Positions 61,313-64,000 of a stretch of DNA of 64,000 bases are shown here, one piece after another. The stretch spans positions 92,191 through 156,190 of the forward strand of contig NMRA01000187.1 of NCBI GenBank assembly GCA_002633005.1, given 5' to 3'. Origin of the DNA: Phoronis australis. Lineage: Eukaryota; Animalia; Phoronida. A program made the position numbers and the translations under genes. The notes below the pieces were generated by a model. It ran no database searches and had not been told where the DNA came from. It saw nothing but the letters and a program-made list of their open reading frames with translations. The stretch's first letter is position 1. The number at the start of each line of letters is the position of its first letter.

Positions 61313-64000
61313 TTAATCGAGTGTGTATGCATAGGAACTCTATTCATGTGCCTTTGCAACTACATGTTGTGCAAGACTTGTCTTGTACGTAACACTTCAG
61401 AACACAACTTGCGTAGTAGCTATAGTAACACTTCAGACTGTGTCACGTGTTGCAATTCGTAGTCACTCATCAACAACTTGCGCAACCTCTGCCTTAGTTC
61501 ATAGTCACACTTCAGTATATAGATGAGTGGCGCACCATAGGGGGCTGGGGGGCTACGTTTTTCAGCGCTGCGGCGCCCATGGTCTATAGGTGGTGCACCT
61601 CACGGGGGCTGTGGGGCTTTAGCCCTTCACTTTTTCATTGCTGTGTCTCCCATGCAACATGTGCCCACCCAGGGGGGGGCTCGAGGGGCTCGAACGAGCC
61701 CCCCCATTTGGCAAATTGGGCATAAAAAGGTACGGCAAACAAATGCAAGACAACGAGACAAAACTCCGCAGGAATTCGGCGCGAATGCACAATTCTTAAG
61801 TCTGAACTTAGTAACCCGTTTTTTGTTTTTTTAGTCCTCGGTTACTTTTTTCAGTAAAAGCAGCGCATACCGAAAAATTCGAGCCTCCTTATATTTCAGG
61901 CTGGGTGCGCTTGTGCAGTACCACAACTTCTGCTGTTGTTCATGGACACACTTCAATAATTAGTGTAAATTTTGTTATTGTTCGTGGTCACACTTCAGCC
62001 CCCAACTTTTGCTGCAGCTCACAGTCAAACTTCACTAACTACTGCAAGTTTTCCTGTAGTTCATGGTTAAATATCTAATCGGTAGCCGTAGTTCATGGTC
62101 ACACTTGAGGACGGAACTTTCGCTGTAATTTATAGCCACCCTTCTAGTAACTTTGCCCAACATTTTGGTCTTGTCTTACGTGTACTAATTTGATTCCAGA
62201 TTTAGCGAACTGTACTTCATTGATCTTATTTGAGACACATTTGCGCAGAAGAGCACTGGTGAAACCTGGCTTATGTTTAAAACCCCGCTATGTGACTTAA
62301 CGTTCAAAGCTGAATTTTAAGACCAAAACCGCTACTGATAGTACCAAAACAGTTACAGGGTCGGCCAAACTTGCACCGTTTCCAGTCAATGACCCTGCGG
62401 TACACTTCAATCAATCGTGACGGAAGAAAGTAATTGCTATGGTTACAAGAGTATCATGACTTCAGTTTCCGAGATTTAACCTCGTGACTTCAATGTTTGT
62501 GAGATAGAATAAGGTGAAGTGTTGCTTTAACATTTCAACCTAAAATGTGTGAAACAATGAACCACTGACATCAAAAGGACAAGTTGTTTATCACTGTGAA
62601 CTGTCCGTTTATGAAACAGTCAGGGATCACTGTGAACTGTCCCTTTATGAAACAGGGAGCTACTACCCGTTTGTGAACTTTGACTGACATCTATAGGACA
62701 AGTTGTGTACCAAAAATCCTCAATCGCATGTACTGTAGAACCCCTATATAACACAGCGTCATGACTGCCCTACTCAACGAATGCATGTGCCGTCAAACCT
62801 GGAATCATCTCACAGACGAAACAACAATTTTCCCGCCTACAAGCTACATGTATAATAGACATTGTGAGGAGCGAGCTCGCCGCGCCTCACGCCCCGCTGG
62901 GGCGAACTATCGCAGTCCACTAGGGCGGACACGTTTTAAATAGATTACACCATGAACTGTTGATGAAACCAAACGGCAAATAGTCATGTTAAAAACAATA
63001 TTATATTTTAGTTAACGTATTAAACAGATTGAGAATACACCGAGGTCGAACCACTATCATTTCTCCATCTAGAAATGATGGTAGAAACAACAGTATTTTT
63101 AACAATTCTCGTATTTTAGATGAACTTAGTACGAGAATACAATATAGTATAGACTAACATGGTAAATTACGCGATCCATGATTTACGATTAGACTACACG
63201 GAAGTAACTTCATAATTTCATGATTTCTATATATGTCGCAAATTTTATTAGGATTCAGAGAAGCCTGTTGGTAAATCTAAACTTAAATATAGTGATAGAA
63301 AATGGCAGACTGGTGCTACAGTATAATAATGATAATATTAATGGAATGAAAAAGATATTGGTTTGTTCAAAATAACTTGTCAAATTGCCTAATTCAACCG
63401 ATAATGCACTCAAAAGTGGATTTTGAAATAGATGATGTTCCTGTTTTGTGGTTGTACGGCTGAAGAACGCATTCATGTGGTTATTGTTGAGATGAGATGA
63501 ATACTTCGGGAAGTTCCTGTGATCGTTGTTGAGATGGGATGCATACTTTGTTAAGTTCCTGTGATCATTGTTGCGATGAGATACATACAATGTTTTTCGG
63601 GAAGTTCCTGTGATCATTGTTGAGTGAGATAAGTTAACTTCGGGAAGTTCAAGTATTAGGATTGCCTAAATTTCCAACTTGATACAATAAAATCCGATGT
63701 GTTTTTGTCATTTTATTACAAATCGCTGATTCACCATGTTGTCTCCCACTATATTCACCAAAATAAAAGCCGGTGTCGTCTTTACGCCTACTCCGTCATT
63801 CAATTAAAACTTGAGTATTCTAAATGTATTCTGCATGTGTTAACCTTTCACAGAAGGAAGCTTAAATGTTTATGGAGACACAACTTGTGACAAATTTATC
63901 ATAAAATCAAACCAGTTTATTACGTCCGTGAACCCTTTGAACTAGTTATTACCGTGTAGTTATGCACGTAACGGCGCGTCTGATGCTTACAGTCTTTCTT

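Overview
AT-rich, intron-rich eukaryotic DNA, probably from a marine invertebrate (the transposon families look mollusc- or lophotrochozoan-like; this is inference). Two multi-exon genes lie head-to-head, reconstructed by hand with GT-AG sites and matching intron phases. The first is a minus-strand PLP-dependent class-V aminotransferase / cysteine-desulfurase-like gene: 17 coding exons from 32945 down to 1607, 3' end not found in the window, with a possible mitochondrial presequence. The second is a complete plus-strand NRF-6 / acyltransferase-3 family gene: 15 exons, 40991-59778, 730 aa. Introns are filled with minisatellites, Helentron-type (HINE) elements, Penelope remnants (one with a minimal hammerhead ribozyme), THAP-bearing TIR elements and MITEs. 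The most striking pattern is that many tandem repeats copy the genes' own exon-intron junctions, producing arrays of decoy splice sites; every copy I checked would give a frameshift, stop or uORF if used. Most ORFs in the supplied track are spurious.
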